Positions 1-9,814 of a stretch of DNA of 64,000 nt are shown here, piece after piece. Numbering within the stretch: the stretch's first letter is position 1; every line of letters starts with the position of its first letter. The stretch is from an uncultured Candidatus Rokubacteria bacterium (GTDB lineage: Bacteria; Methylomirabilota; Methylomirabilia; Rokubacteriales; DASRDR01): NCBI GenBank assembly GCA_963826115.1, contig CAWGVS010000002.1, forward strand, positions 128,001 through 192,000, given 5' to 3'. Below the pieces are notes generated by a model. That model was not told where the DNA came from and ran no database searches. It worked only from the letters and a program-made list of their open reading frames with translations. The position numbers were made by a program, and so were the translations under genes.

Positions 1-893
1 GTGATCGCGCGCCGGACCCGGACGTCGGAGAACGGCTTCTTCGCGTTGTTGAGGGCCAGGATGACGTCGTTCGTCGTCTCGCCCTGGATGAGCTGGAGGC
101 TCGGCGCGCGACGGACCACCTCGACCGACTCGGGGCCGAGCCCGAACGCCATCACGTCGATGTCGCCGGCCTGGAGCGCGGCGAGCGCGGCGTTGGCGTC
201 GGGGATGAACCGGAACGTGACGCGCTCGAGCTTGGGCAGGCCCTTCACGTGATACTCGGGATTGCGCTTGAGCACGATCCGATCGCCGCGGTCCCACCGG
301 TCGAGCATGAACGGCCCGGTCCCGACGGGCTGCGACTTCTGCTGGTCCACCGCCTCACGCGGGTAGATCACCGAGCCCTGGCGCGCCAGGTTGTAGAGGA
401 ACATGGCGTTGGGGCGCTTCAGCGCGATCGTCACCGTGTGGGGGTCCCGCACGTGGATCGTCGCGATGTCCTCGTACTGCCTGGCGTGCGGATGCTTGGT
501 CTCGGGATTCCGGGCGCGGTCGAGAACGAACTTCACGTCCTCGGCGGTGAGCTCGCGACCGTTGTGGAAGCGCACGCCCTTCTTCAGGAAGAAGGTGTAG
601 TTCAGGTTGTCGGTCGTGTGCCAGCGCTCGGCGAGCCAGGGCACCAGGTGTCCCTGGGCATCGACCTTCACCAGCGCTTCCTGGATGTTGTAGAAGACGA
701 TCGTCGCCGTCGCCGACGCGGGGGTCGCGGTCAGGTCGAGCCCGGGCGGCTCCGCGGTGGTCTGGACCGCCAGCGTGGTCGGCTGGGCCCACACCGCGGG
801 CGGCCCGGCACGGCCGGCGATGCCGAGCCCGAGGCCGACGGCCAGGACCGTGGCTGCTCCCCGACGCCATCCCCCCCGAAGCCATCCGGTCAT
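1..893 (-). CDS. ABC transporter substrate-binding protein, family 5 (DppA/OppA-like); 3' end runs off the window
   Basis: Absent from the ORF track because it has no stop in the window. ATG at 893 after GGAGG. Manual translation: MTGWLRGG...signal-like segment...AEPPGLDL...NIQEALVKVD...PWLAERW...YTFFLKKGVRFHNGRELTAEDVKF, the family-5 SBP signature. Confidence 0.9.
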   Translation of the reverse strand, partial: MTGWLRGGWRRGAATVLAVGLGLGIAGRAGPPAVWAQPTTLAVQTTAEPPGLDLTATPASATATIVFYNIQEALVKVDAQGHLVPWLAERWHTTDNLNYTFFLKKGVRFHNGRELTAEDVKFVLDRARNPETKHPHARQYEDIATIHVRDPHTVTIALKRPNAMFLYNLARQGSVIYPREAVDQQKSQPVGTGPFMLDRWDRGDRIVLKRNPEYHVKGLPKLERVTFRFIPDANAALAALQAGDIDVMAFGLGPESVEVVRRAPSLQLIQGETTNDVILALNNAKKPFSDVRVRRAI

Positions 894-997
894 GATCGTG
901 CCTCCACCGACGGCGGGATAGGAACCGCGCTCACTATACCCGATGGCTGGAAGGGCGCTCAAGTCGCGGGCGCGCTCGTGTCATCATGGGCCCCGCA

Positions 998-1456
998 ATG
1001 CGCCGGGCCGTGCTCGTCCTCCTCGCGATCGCCTTGGTCCTGGCCGCGATCGCGATCGCGCTCCGCCACGATCCCACCGGCGGCCGGCCCGCGCCGCCGC
1101 CGGGGTCCGGCTCCCTCGCCGGCGCGCCCGCCGCCCCGCCCCCGGCCGCGACGACCCCGGGGGCGCGCGCCGGCCCGGGCGACGCCGTCCGCCCGGCCCC
1201 CGCGACCCTCGACCGGGCTCGAGAGGTCCTGGCCGCGATCGAGGTGCGCGGCGGCGAGCCGCTGGCCGGCTACGTCGGCGGCCGGACCTTCCAGAACCGC
1301 GAGCGACGGCTTCCGCCGGGCCGCTACCGCGAGTACGACCTTTATCCGAAGGTCCCCGGGCAGGACCGCGGTCCGGAGCGCCTCCTCGTCGAGCGCGCCT
1401 CCGGCCGCGCCTACTACACGGGCGACCACTACCGCACCTTCGTGCCGCTGAACTGA
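998..1456 (+). CDS. Exported guanyl-specific microbial ribonuclease (barnase/RNase Sa family)
   Basis: N-terminal hydrophobic anchor, Pro/Ala linker, then GGRTFQNRERRLP...YREYD...RGPERL...YYTGDHYRTF catalytic motifs. Alternative start at 986. Confidence 0.9.
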   Translation: MRRAVLVLLAIALVLAAIAIALRHDPTGGRPAPPPGSGSLAGAPAAPPPAATTPGARAGPGDAVRPAPATLDRAREVLAAIEVRGGEPLAGYVGGRTFQNRERRLPPGRYREYDLYPKVPGQDRGPERLLVERASGRAYYTGDHYRTFVPLN

Positions 1457-1467
1457 CGGAGCCCCCT

Positions 1468-1953
1468 GTGAGCGCGTCTCCCCTCGCCGACCGCCTCTCG
1501 GCCCCCGCAGCCCCCTGGGTGCATCTCCTGGTGATCGACGACCCGGGGCCCAATCGGCGATTCGACCCGCCCGACGACTTCACGATCGCCATCCTCGACG
1601 GTCGCCGGTGCCAGACGAAGTCCGCCCTCCTCGAGGAGCTGGCGCGGGTGTTCGAGTTCCCGCCGCACTTCGGGCGGACCTGGGACGCGCTCGAGGATTG
1701 CCTCACGGATCTCACCTGGCGATCGGGCGCCGGCTACTGGCTGTTCATCTACGCGGTCGACCGGCTGCTGGCGGATGATCCGCCGAGCTACGACACGTTC
1801 CTCACCCTCCTCGCGGACGTGGGGCGCACCTGGGGCACGGGCGCGACGGGCCATCCCGGGCGCGGCCCGGTGCCGTTCCACACGGTCCTCCTGGTTTTCC
1901 GGCGTCACCTCGGCGAGCGGGTGGACTGGCGCGCCGAGCGTCCCGACGACTGA
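1468..1953 (+). CDS. Barstar-family ribonuclease inhibitor
   Basis: GTG 11 bp after the RNase stop. LDGRRCQTKSALLEELARVFEFPPHFGRTWDALEDCLTDL is the barstar motif. Confidence 0.88.
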   Translation: MSASPLADRLSAPAAPWVHLLVIDDPGPNRRFDPPDDFTIAILDGRRCQTKSALLEELARVFEFPPHFGRTWDALEDCLTDLTWRSGAGYWLFIYAVDRLLADDPPSYDTFLTLLADVGRTWGTGATGHPGRGPVPFHTVLLVFRRHLGERVDWRAERPDD

Positions 1954-2044
1954 CGTGCGCTCGTGCGCCGACGCGGCGGATGACCGGCGCCGCCACGACG
2001 ACGCTTGACAATCGACGCCTCGACGACCCACGCTGAGGGCGTCC

Positions 2045-4612
2045 ATGGCGTCCCGCGCGCGCCCACCCGCCCGGGCCAAATCGAGCGGGGCCCCCAGCCC
2101 CGCTCCCGCGGAGCGCACCCCGGTGACATCCGCGCCCGCCACCCCGTCCGACTTCGAGAAGCTCGGTGTGTTCTACCTGGGCCGCCCGTACGACCTCGGA
2201 ACGAAGCAGCCGGGATCCGGCCTGCTCCTCTACGACTCGAAGGACCTCGTCACCCACGCGGTGTGCATCGGGATGACGGGCAGCGGCAAGACGGGCCTCT
2301 GCCTCGCGCTCATCGAAGAGGCGCTCCTCGACGGCATCCCTGTCCTCCTCATCGACCCGAAGGGCGACCTCGCGAACCTCTGCCTCACGTTCCCCGAGCT
2401 CCGTCCGGAGGACTTCAAGCCGTGGGTCAACGAGGACGACGCGCGCCGGAAGGGGCTCGCCGTCGACGCGTACGCGGCGCAGCAGGCCGAGCTCTGGCGG
2501 AAGGGGCTGGCGGCGTGGGGCGAGGACGGCGCCCGGATCCGGCGGCTCCGCGACGCGGCCGACGTCGCCGTCTACACGCCGGGCAGCACCGCGGGCCTCC
2601 CGGTCTCCATCGTCAAGTCGTTCGCGGCCCCCGCCGCCGGCGTCCGCGACGACGCCGAGCTCTTCCGGGACCGGATCGCGACGACCGCGACCAGTCTCCT
2701 CGGCCTTCTCGGGATCGAGGCGGACCCGCTCCAGAGCCGGGAGCACATCCTCCTGTCGAAGCTCTTCGAGGCGGCGTGGCAGGGTGGCCGCGACCTCGAC
2801 CTCCCGGCCCTGATCCAACAGATCCAGACGCCGCCGATCAGCCGCGTCGGTGCCATGAACCTCGACGCCTTCTTCCCGGCGAAGGAGCGCTTCGAGCTGG
2901 CGACCCGGCTCAACAACCTCCTGGCGGCGCCGGGCTTCGACGCCTGGCTCGAGGGCGAGCCCCTCGACGTGGGCGCGCTCCTCCACACGCGCGAGGGGAA
3001 GCCCCGGGCGGCCATCTTCTCGATCGCCCACCTGTCGGACGCCGAGCGGATGTTCTTCGTCTCGCTCCTCCTGAACGAGATGCTCGGGTGGGTGCGGGCC
3101 CAGTCCGGGACGACGAGCCTCCGGGCGATGCTCTACATGGACGAGGTGTTCGGCTACTTCCCGCCGGTCGCGAACCCGCCCTCGAAGCTCCCGCTCCTGA
3201 CGCTCCTCAAGCAGGCGCGGGCCTTCGGCGTGGGGGTCGTCCTCGCGACGCAGAATCCGGTGGACCTCGACTACAAGGGTCTCGCCAACACCGGGACCTG
3301 GTTCATCGGCCGGCTCCAGACCGAGCGCGACCGCGCGCGCGTGCTCGACGGGCTCGAGGGCGTGGCCGCCGGGAGCGACAAGCGCTTCGACCGCGCGGCG
3401 ATGGAGCGGATCCTGGGCGGGCTCGGCAGCCGCATCTTCCTGCTGAACAACGTCCACGAGGACGCGCCCGAGGTGTTCGAGACGCGCTGGGCGATGTCGT
3501 ACCTCCGGGGCCCCCTGACCCGCGCGCAGATCAAGCAGCTCATGGCGGACCGGAAGCCGGCGCCGCCGCGCGCTCCGGCTCCCGCCGCCGCGCGAGCCGC
3601 TGCGCCCGCCGCCGGGGACGCCACGACCCCCGCCCCGCCAGCTGCATCGGCGGCGGCGCGGGGCGGCACGCGTCCGGTCCTCCCGCCCGGCGTGGCCCAG
3701 CACTTCGTGCCGGTCCGCGGCAGCACGCCCGCCGGCGCCACGCTCGTCTACCAGCCCATGGCGCTGGGCGCCGCGACCATCCGGTTCGCGGACGCGAAGA
3801 CCGGTGTCGACCAGACCGACGAGGTCCTGGTCGCGACGCCCATCACGGACGCGGCGGTGCCCGTGACGTGGGAGGGCGCGACGACCCTCGATGTCGCCGT
3901 CGCCGACCTCGAGACGGACCCCGGCGCCGCGGGAGACTGGATGTCCCTCCCGGCGGCCGCCGCGAAGCCCAAGAGCTACGAGGGCTGGAGCCGCGACCTC
4001 GCGGCGTGGCTCTACGGGCAGCGCCGGCTCGACCTCCTGCGGGACCCGGCCTCGGGCGCGGTCTCGAAGCCCGGCGAGAACGAGCGCGACTTCCGCGTGC
4101 GGATCCGCGAGAGCGCGCGCGCCGATCGGGACGCCCAGGTGGAGGCCCTCCGCAAGAAGTACGCGCCGAAGCGCGCCGCCCTCGAGGAGCGCCTCCGGCG
4201 CGCCCAGCAGGCGGAGTCGCGGGAGAGCGGGCAAGCCACGCAGCGGGGCGTGCAGGCGGCAATCTCCCTCGGCGCCACGATCCTGGGCGCGGTGCTGGGG
4301 CGGAAGACGATCAGCGCCACCAACATTGGGCGCGCCACGACGGCGGCGCGCGATGCCGGGCGCGTCCTGAAGGAGCGCGAGGACGTCACGCGTGCGCAGG
4401 AGACCGTGGGCGCCGTCCAACAGGCGCTGGCTGCACTCGAGACGGAGCTTCAGGGCGAGGTGGCCGCCATCGAGGCGCGGGCGGAGGCGGGGCCGCTCGA
4501 GGCCGTGGCCATCCGCCCGAAGAAGACCGACGTGCGGGTGCGGCTGTGCGCCCTCGGCTGGGCGCCCCACTGGCGCGCCGGCGCCGGCGCCGTGACGCCG
4601 GCCTGGACGTGA
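2045..4612 (+). CDS. HerA/FtsK-superfamily P-loop ATPase (DUF87/DUF853-like) with coiled-coil C-terminal region
   Basis: Walker A GMTGSGKT, IDPKGD, Walker B LYMDE and ARAFGVGVVLATQNP; 855 aa. Confidence 0.8.
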   Translation: MASRARPPARAKSSGAPSPAPAERTPVTSAPATPSDFEKLGVFYLGRPYDLGTKQPGSGLLLYDSKDLVTHAVCIGMTGSGKTGLCLALIEEALLDGIPVLLIDPKGDLANLCLTFPELRPEDFKPWVNEDDARRKGLAVDAYAAQQAELWRKGLAAWGEDGARIRRLRDAADVAVYTPGSTAGLPVSIVKSFAAPAAGVRDDAELFRDRIATTATSLLGLLGIEADPLQSREHILLSKLFEAAWQGGRDLDLPALIQQIQTPPISRVGAMNLDAFFPAKERFELATRLNNLLAAPGFDAWLEGEPLDVGALLHTREGKPRAAIFSIAHLSDAERMFFVSLLLNEMLGWVRAQSGTTSLRAMLYMDEVFGYFPPVANPPSKLPLLTLLKQARAFGVGVVLATQNPVDLDYKGLANTGTWFIGRLQTERDRARVLDGLEGVAAGSDKRFDRAAMERILGGLGSRIFLLNNVHEDAPEVFETRWAMSYLRGPLTRAQIKQLMADRKPAPPRAPAPAAARAAAPAAGDATTPAPPAASAAARGGTRPVLPPGVAQHFVPVRGSTPAGATLVYQPMALGAATIRFADAKTGVDQTDEVLVATPITDAAVPVTWEGATTLDVAVADLETDPGAAGDWMSLPAAAAKPKSYEGWSRDLAAWLYGQRRLDLLRDPASGAVSKPGENERDFRVRIRESARADRDAQVEALRKKYAPKRAALEERLRRAQQAESRESGQATQRGVQAAISLGATILGAVLGRKTISATNIGRATTAARDAGRVLKEREDVTRAQETVGAVQQALAALETELQGEVAAIEARAEAGPLEAVAIRPKKTDVRVRLCALGWAPHWRAGAGAVTPAWT

Positions 4613-4707
4613 GCGTCGTCCCGATCCACTTGCCGGCCGGCCGGCGCCCACCCGTGCATCCCTGTTCGGAGAGGGCGGCATCGCCGCCCCGAAAGGAGCA
4701 GCATCCC

Positions 4708-4974
4708 ATGCGGAACCGCTTCCTGATGGCCGCGCTCGCCATCCTCGTGGTCGTGGGGCTGGCCGCGACGCTCTCGATGGCCGCCGGGCCCAAGCAGTAT
4801 CAGTGGACGGGTACCGTCACCGATGTCGATGCGAAGACGAAGACCATGGTGGTCGACAAGGGCGGTGAGACCTGGGAGTTCTCCACCGAGGGCATGAAGG
4901 ACCTCAAGGTGAAGAAGGGCGACAAGGTCACGGTCTACTACGTGGCCATCGCCAAGAAGATCGAGGCCAAGTAG
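4708..4974 (+). CDS. Small exported beta-rich (OB-fold-like) protein
   Basis: AAGGAG RBS and signal peptide [26 protein letters not shown], followed by a Lys-rich domain WTGTVTDVD...[12 protein letters not shown]. Confidence 0.8.
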   Translation: MRNRFLMAALAILVVVGLAATLSMAAGPKQYQWTGTVTDVDAKTKTMVVDKGGETWEFSTEGMKDLKVKKGDKVTVYYVAIAKKIEAK

Positions 4975-4991
4975 CGCACTCCCGGCGCCCG

Positions 4992-5039
4992 CCGCTGGCG
5001 CGCGCGCTCCGGCTCGTCGGGCCGGGCGCGCGCCAGCGG
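4992..5039. terminator. GC-rich hairpin between convergent genes (possible bidirectional terminator)
   Basis: 14-bp perfect arms CCGCTGGCGCGCGC / GCGCGCGCCAGCGG with further inner pairing; no U-tract. Confidence 0.45.
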
Positions 5040-5065
5040 GGCGACGCCGCGCTCCTCCGCGTCGT

Positions 5066-6457
5066 CTACCCGCCCACCAGGAACGCGCAGGCCACGGCGC
5101 CTTGCCGCGCCACGTTCACGACGGGCTCGCGGCTCACGCGGACGTGGAGCCCGAGATCTCCGGGCGCGTAGAAGAGTCCGAGCGAAAAGTAGCCGGGGCC
5201 CGCGTACGGGCGCCCCCCGCGCAGGTAGACCATGGTCCGTCGTGTGCCGGGCCGGCGGGCCTGGACGACCCAGCGGCCGGGCTCGCGCAGCGCGCGGTCG
5301 ATCCGGGCCCCCCAGCGGGCCGGCCCCGCCTCCCGTCCGAGAAGCACGCCGGCACCGCTCGACCCCACGTTGGGCTTGATCAGGAGCCGCACCCGCGCCC
5401 GGCGCGCGAACTCCGGAAGGTCCACCCGGCGACCGGCGGGATCCTCCGTCGCGCGCGCGGCGAGGACGCGCGTCCACGGCACCGTCCGGCGCAGGAACCG
5501 CCGCTCGGCCGGTGTGAAGAGCGACGCGAGCTCCGGACGCCCCAGGCACTCGAGGAGCCCCTTCTGGCTGAACTCGCCCGAGACACCCGGCAGGATCGCC
5601 CCGGCGTCGAAGCGGTCGAGGAACGCGGCGAGCCGCCGGTCGGCGGGGCTGCCGGCGTCCTCGAAGGCGAGGTCGCGGTACACGACGTCGGCGGCCACGT
5701 CGCCGAGCCGGACGCCGGTCCGCGTCCGGCGAAGCGCCGACGGCGGGCCCTGCGCCGCGGGAATGCCGGCCGCGCGGAACGCCGCAACGAGCCGCGGGAC
5801 CTCGCTGTAGCCGTCGACGGGCAGCGCGTCCTCGACGAAGGCGACGCCGCGGAGACGCCGCCGCCCGAGGCGTCGCGCGGCAGCCCGGACCCAGCGCACC
5901 ACGAGGGCGAGGAGATCCGGCGGGTCGGCGAGACGGCGCGCCTCGGCGGCGGCGTACACGCGCGGGAAGACCTCGGCGCGCAGGATGCGGACGCCCGCCG
6001 CGTGATTGTAGAGCCCGGCGAGCCCCGTGGCGTTCGTCTCGAAGAGCACGGGCGCGAGCGTCCCGTCCGCGCGCCGCTCGAGGCCGACGTCGGGCCGGAT
6101 CATGAGCTGCCACGGCGCCGGCACGCGCGCCGGATCGCGAGCCACCCAGGCCGCGGTCGCCTCGCTGATCGGGCACAGCCGGCGGAACTCGCCCGCGTCG
6201 GCGCGCCAGAGCGCGGGGGCATGGGCCTGGACGCGGTGCACGAGCGCGGCGAGCCTCCCGAGGTCCGGCAGCGTGCGGCGCGTCACCACGAATGGCGTGA
6301 GGGCGATCGGATGCGGGATCGCAGGCGCGCCGGCGCGGTAGCGATGGAAGAGCGCGGCCGCCGACTCGGCGGCCTCCACCGCGCGGAAAAGCTCCCGCCG
6401 TCGCCCGGGGGCGAGACGGGCGATCCGCGTGGTGGCCAGCTGATCCAGCGCCGTCAC
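5066..6457 (-). CDS. Circularly permuted ATP-grasp / glutathionylspermidine-synthase-like ligase
   Basis: GTG at 6457. IRPDVG...[53 protein letters not shown] and VVNVARQG motifs. Confidence 0.7.
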   Translation of the reverse strand: MTALDQLATTRIARLAPGRRRELFRAVEAAESAAALFHRYRAGAPAIPHPIALTPFVVTRRTLPDLGRLAALVHRVQAHAPALWRADAGEFRRLCPISEATAAWVARDPARVPAPWQLMIRPDVGLERRADGTLAPVLFETNATGLAGLYNHAAGVRILRAEVFPRVYAAAEARRLADPPDLLALVVRWVRAAARRLGRRRLRGVAFVEDALPVDGYSEVPRLVAAFRAAGIPAAQGPPSALRRTRTGVRLGDVAADVVYRDLAFEDAGSPADRRLAAFLDRFDAGAILPGVSGEFSQKGLLECLGRPELASLFTPAERRFLRRTVPWTRVLAARATEDPAGRRVDLPEFARRARVRLLIKPNVGSSGAGVLLGREAGPARWGARIDRALREPGRWVVQARRPGTRRTMVYLRGGRPYAGPGYFSLGLFYAPGDLGLHVRVSREPVVNVARQGAVACAFLVGG

Positions 6458-6478
6458 GGCTCGCGTATTATAGAACTC
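6458..6478. promoter_or_regulatory. Overlapping bidirectional -10 elements, probably leaderless transcripts
   Basis: TATTAT at 6466-6471 (+) lies 7 nt before GTG 6479. TATAAT at 6472-6467 (-) lies 9 nt before GTG 6457. No SD on either side. Confidence 0.65.
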
Positions 6479-7717
6479 GTGCCCGACCCAGGCAGCCCAC
6501 CGGCAGCGGGGCACGAGCAGGTCCTCGTCGACGCCCTCGCGCGGCTCCGAGCCGAAGGCCGCTACCGCGTCTTCGCCGACCTCGAGCGCCACTGCGGACG
6601 CTTCCCGTCCGCCACGTGGCACGGTCCCGACGGCCCGGTCGAGGTCACGGTCTGGTGCTCGAATGACTACCTCGGCATGGGCCAGCACCCGGTGGTGCTG
6701 AAGGCCATGGCCGACGCGCTCGACCACGTCGGCGCGGGCGCGGGCGGCACGCGGAACATCGCGGGGACCTCGCACGCCCACGTCCTCCTCGAGCGGGAGC
6801 TGGCGGAGCTCCACGGCAAGCCGGCGGCCCTCCTCTTCAGCTCCGGCTACGCTGCCAACGAGGCGGCCATCAGCACGATCGCGCGCCTGCTCCCCGGGTG
6901 CGTGATCCTGTCGGACGAGAAGAACCACGCCTCGATGATCGAGGGCATCCGCCGGAGCGGCGCCGAGAAGCGGATCTTCCGCCACAACGATCCCGAGGAC
7001 CTCGCGCGCCACCTGGCGGCCGCGGGCGCCGGCGCGGGCCGGCCGGCGCTCGTCTGCTTCGAGTCGGTCTACTCGATGGACGGCGACATCGCGCCCCTCC
7101 GGGAGCTCTGCGGCGTGGCCGAGCGCTACGGCGCCCTCACCTACCTCGACGAGGTCCACGCGGTGGGCCTCTACGGGGACCGCGGGGCGGGCGTCGCGGA
7201 GCGCGATGGCGTGCTCGACCGGCTGAGCGTCATCCAGGGGACGCTCGCCAAGGCCTTCGGCGTCGTGGGCGGGTACATCGCCGGCTCGGCCGCGGTCGTG
7301 GACGCCGTGCGGAGCTTCGCGCCGGGCTTCATCTTCACGACCGCCATGCCGCCGGTCGTGGCGGCCGGCGCGCTCGCGAGCGTCCGGCATCTCAAGGCCA
7401 GCCGCGCCGAGCGCGAGCGGCACCAGGAGCGCGCCGCACGGCTGAAGCGTCTCCTCGCCGCGGCGGGGCTGCCCCTGATGCCGACGCCCAGCCACATCGT
7501 GCCGGTCCTCGTCGGCGACGCCGCCCTCTGCAAGCGCGCCTCGGACGAGCTGCTCGAGCGGCACCGGATCTACGTCCAGCCCATCAACTACCCCACGGTG
7601 CCCCGCGGGACCGAGCGGCTCAGGCTCACGCCGAGCCCTCTGCACGACGACGCGACGATGGATCGCCTCGTCGCCGCGCTCCGAGAGGTCTGGCCCCGCC
7701 TCGGGCTTCAGCGATGA
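6479..7717 (+). CDS. hemA: 5-aminolevulinate synthase (PLP-dependent, C4/Shemin pathway type)
   Basis: [72 protein letters not shown] (PLP Lys), FIFTT and [18 protein letters not shown]. Confidence 0.92.
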   Translation: MPDPGSPPAAGHEQVLVDALARLRAEGRYRVFADLERHCGRFPSATWHGPDGPVEVTVWCSNDYLGMGQHPVVLKAMADALDHVGAGAGGTRNIAGTSHAHVLLERELAELHGKPAALLFSSGYAANEAAISTIARLLPGCVILSDEKNHASMIEGIRRSGAEKRIFRHNDPEDLARHLAAAGAGAGRPALVCFESVYSMDGDIAPLRELCGVAERYGALTYLDEVHAVGLYGDRGAGVAERDGVLDRLSVIQGTLAKAFGVVGGYIAGSAAVVDAVRSFAPGFIFTTAMPPVVAAGALASVRHLKASRAERERHQERAARLKRLLAAAGLPLMPTPSHIVPVLVGDAALCKRASDELLERHRIYVQPINYPTVPRGTERLRLTPSPLHDDATMDRLVAALREVWPRLGLQR

Positions 7718-7724
7718 CCCGCCC

Positions 7725-8477
7725 GTGACCGTCGATCCGTTCTTCAACGACCGGGCGACGATCGGCGTCTTCGAGCGGTCGTTCTACGCCGGCCGCGAGG
7801 CCGCCGAGGAGGTCGACGCCATCCTCGAGTGGGCGCCCCGCCCTCGTCGCGTCCTCGACATCGGGTGCAACGCCGGCCTCCACGCGCTCGAGTGGGCCCG
7901 GCGGGGCGTCGAGACCGTGGGAATCGACTCGGCGCCGGTGGCCATCGCCCTCGCGCGCCAGCGCGCCGGCGGCGATCCGCAGCTCCGCTTCGAGGTGGGG
8001 GACCTCGCCGACCCGGACCTCGGCCGGCTCGGACGCTTCGACCTGGTGACCGTCCTCGGCGGCGTGTTCAACTGCATCCCACGCTCCGCCCTCGTCCCGG
8101 CCTTCCGCGCGATCCGCGCGATCCTCGAGCCGGAGGGGGACCTCGTCTTCGACGTGCTCCGCTGGCGGGACACGCCGCGGACGGTCTTCCTCCGCCGCGA
8201 CGCGCAGGGCGCGCTCCGGATCGTGTGGGAGTTCACGCTGGACCCCGTCGAGGGACGGGGGCACGTGGTCGGCCAGTTCCTCGAGACCGGCGCCGTCCAG
8301 GACTCCTGGCGCAACTTCTACACCGCGCCCGAGATCGCGACGCTCCTCGAGCTCGCCGGGCTCGAGCCCCGTGCCGTCGCGGGCGACCTCGCCCTGGCGG
8401 TCCCCGCGCGCGAGGCCGAGCCGAGCTTCTTCTTCCGCGCGCGGCTCCGCCCGCCGGCGGGCGCGGTGGTAGAGTAG
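7725..8477 (+). CDS. Class I SAM-dependent methyltransferase
   Basis: VLDIGCNAG motif I, GIDS, GDL, FDLV and LEPEGDLVFD. Confidence 0.85.
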   Translation: MTVDPFFNDRATIGVFERSFYAGREAAEEVDAILEWAPRPRRVLDIGCNAGLHALEWARRGVETVGIDSAPVAIALARQRAGGDPQLRFEVGDLADPDLGRLGRFDLVTVLGGVFNCIPRSALVPAFRAIRAILEPEGDLVFDVLRWRDTPRTVFLRRDAQGALRIVWEFTLDPVEGRGHVVGQFLETGAVQDSWRNFYTAPEIATLLELAGLEPRAVAGDLALAVPAREAEPSFFFRARLRPPAGAVVE

Positions 8478-8526
8478 CCGGCGCCATGGCGATCCCGCCC
8501 TTCGCATCGGGGGGCGCGCCGCGCCG

Positions 8527-9135
8527 GTGAGCCCCGAGGAGGCGCGCGCGCGACTCGAGAGCGCGAGCCCGGCCGAGCGCCGGGTCATCCTCTCCGCCCT
8601 CGCCCGCGAGGCCGATGCGCGCGTCACGCCGGCGGTGGCCGCGCTCCTTCACGCGGACGACCTGGAGCTGGTCGCGCTCGCGGAAGCGACGCTCTGGCAG
8701 GTCTGGAGCCGGTCGGGCGATCCCGCCGCCGACGCCCTCTTCGCCGAGGGGCTCCGGGCGATGGAGAAGCAGGACTGGCTCGGCGCGGTCGCGGCGTTCA
8801 CCCGCGTCGTGGAGACGGCCCCGGCGTTCGCGGAGGGCTGGAACAAGCGCGCGACCGCGCGCTTCCTGGCCACCCACTACGCGACGTCGATCGCCGACTG
8901 CGAGGAGGTCGTGCGGCTGAACCCGCATCACTTCGGCGCGCTGTCGGGCCAGGGGCTCTGCCACGCGGCGCTCGGTCAGCTCCGCCAGGCCGCCCGCTGC
9001 TTCCGGCGCGCCCTCCAGGTGCATCCGCGGCTCGAGACGGTCCGCCAGCACCTCGCGCGCACCGAGGCCACGCTGGCCCGCGCCAACGGGCACGCGCTCG
9101 GCGTGGCGCCGGCCGAGCCGGGCGGCGTGGCGTGA
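8527..9135 (+). CDS. Tetratricopeptide repeat protein
   Basis: PAFAEGWNKRAT, LNPHHFGALSGQGLC and ALQVHP TPR-type helices. Confidence 0.8.
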   Translation: MSPEEARARLESASPAERRVILSALAREADARVTPAVAALLHADDLELVALAEATLWQVWSRSGDPAADALFAEGLRAMEKQDWLGAVAAFTRVVETAPAFAEGWNKRATARFLATHYATSIADCEEVVRLNPHHFGALSGQGLCHAALGQLRQAARCFRRALQVHPRLETVRQHLARTEATLARANGHALGVAPAEPGGVA

Positions 9136-9797
9136 CGGCATCGGGGCGGCGGGCCGCGCTCTTCGACATGGACGGCGTCCTGGTCGACAACAAGCTCTTC
9201 CATCGCGAGGCGTGGCGGCGGCTCGCGCGCGAGGAGGGCTTCGCCCTGACCGATCCGGAGTTCTGGCGCCAGGCGATCGGGCGCCCGGTGGAGGAGGCGG
9301 TGCCCCTCGTCCTCGGACGGCCCGTCCCGGTGGCCGAGGCGATGCGCCTCGCGCAGCGCAAGACCGCGCTCTATCACGAGCTCGCCGACGGGCACGCCGC
9401 GCCGGTGGCCGGCGTCGTCGAGTTCGTCCGCGCCCTCGCGGCCGCGGGCGTCCCGCGCGCGCTCGCCACGTCCGCGGTGGCCGGGAGCGCGGCGCGCATC
9501 CTGGAGGGGCTCGGGCTCGCCGCCGCCTTCCCGGTCCGGGTGACCGCCGGGCAGGTCGTGCGCGGCAAGCCCGATCCCGAGGTCTACCTGACGGCCGCGG
9601 CGCGCCTCGGCGTGCCGCCGGCCGCCTGCGTCGTGTTCGAGGACGCGGTGGTCGGGGTGGAGGCGGCCCGGCGCGCCGGCATGGCGGTGGTGGGACTCAC
9701 GACGGCCCACGCCGACACCGAGCTCCGCGACGCGGGCGCCGTCTGGACGGCCCCGGACTTCACCGGCCTCGTCTGGGCCGCGCTCGCTTCCCCGTGA
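9132..9797 (+). CDS. HAD-family phosphatase (beta-phosphoglucomutase/CbbY-like)
   Basis: LFDMDGVLVD motif I, ATS, GKPDPEVY, VFEDAVVG; GTGA overlap with the upstream gene. Confidence 0.9.
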   Translation: MTASGRRAALFDMDGVLVDNKLFHREAWRRLAREEGFALTDPEFWRQAIGRPVEEAVPLVLGRPVPVAEAMRLAQRKTALYHELADGHAAPVAGVVEFVRALAAAGVPRALATSAVAGSAARILEGLGLAAAFPVRVTAGQVVRGKPDPEVYLTAAARLGVPPAACVVFEDAVVGVEAARRAGMAVVGLTTAHADTELRDAGAVWTAPDFTGLVWAALASP

Positions 9798-9814
9798 ACT
9801 GAGGAGGGCATCCC

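Noticed and set aside
5102-6478. 460-aa N-terminal extension of ALA synthase implied by ORF 5102..7717
   Set aside because: It is the antisense shadow of the ATP-grasp gene; ALAS similarity starts near GTG 6479, right after a -10 box.
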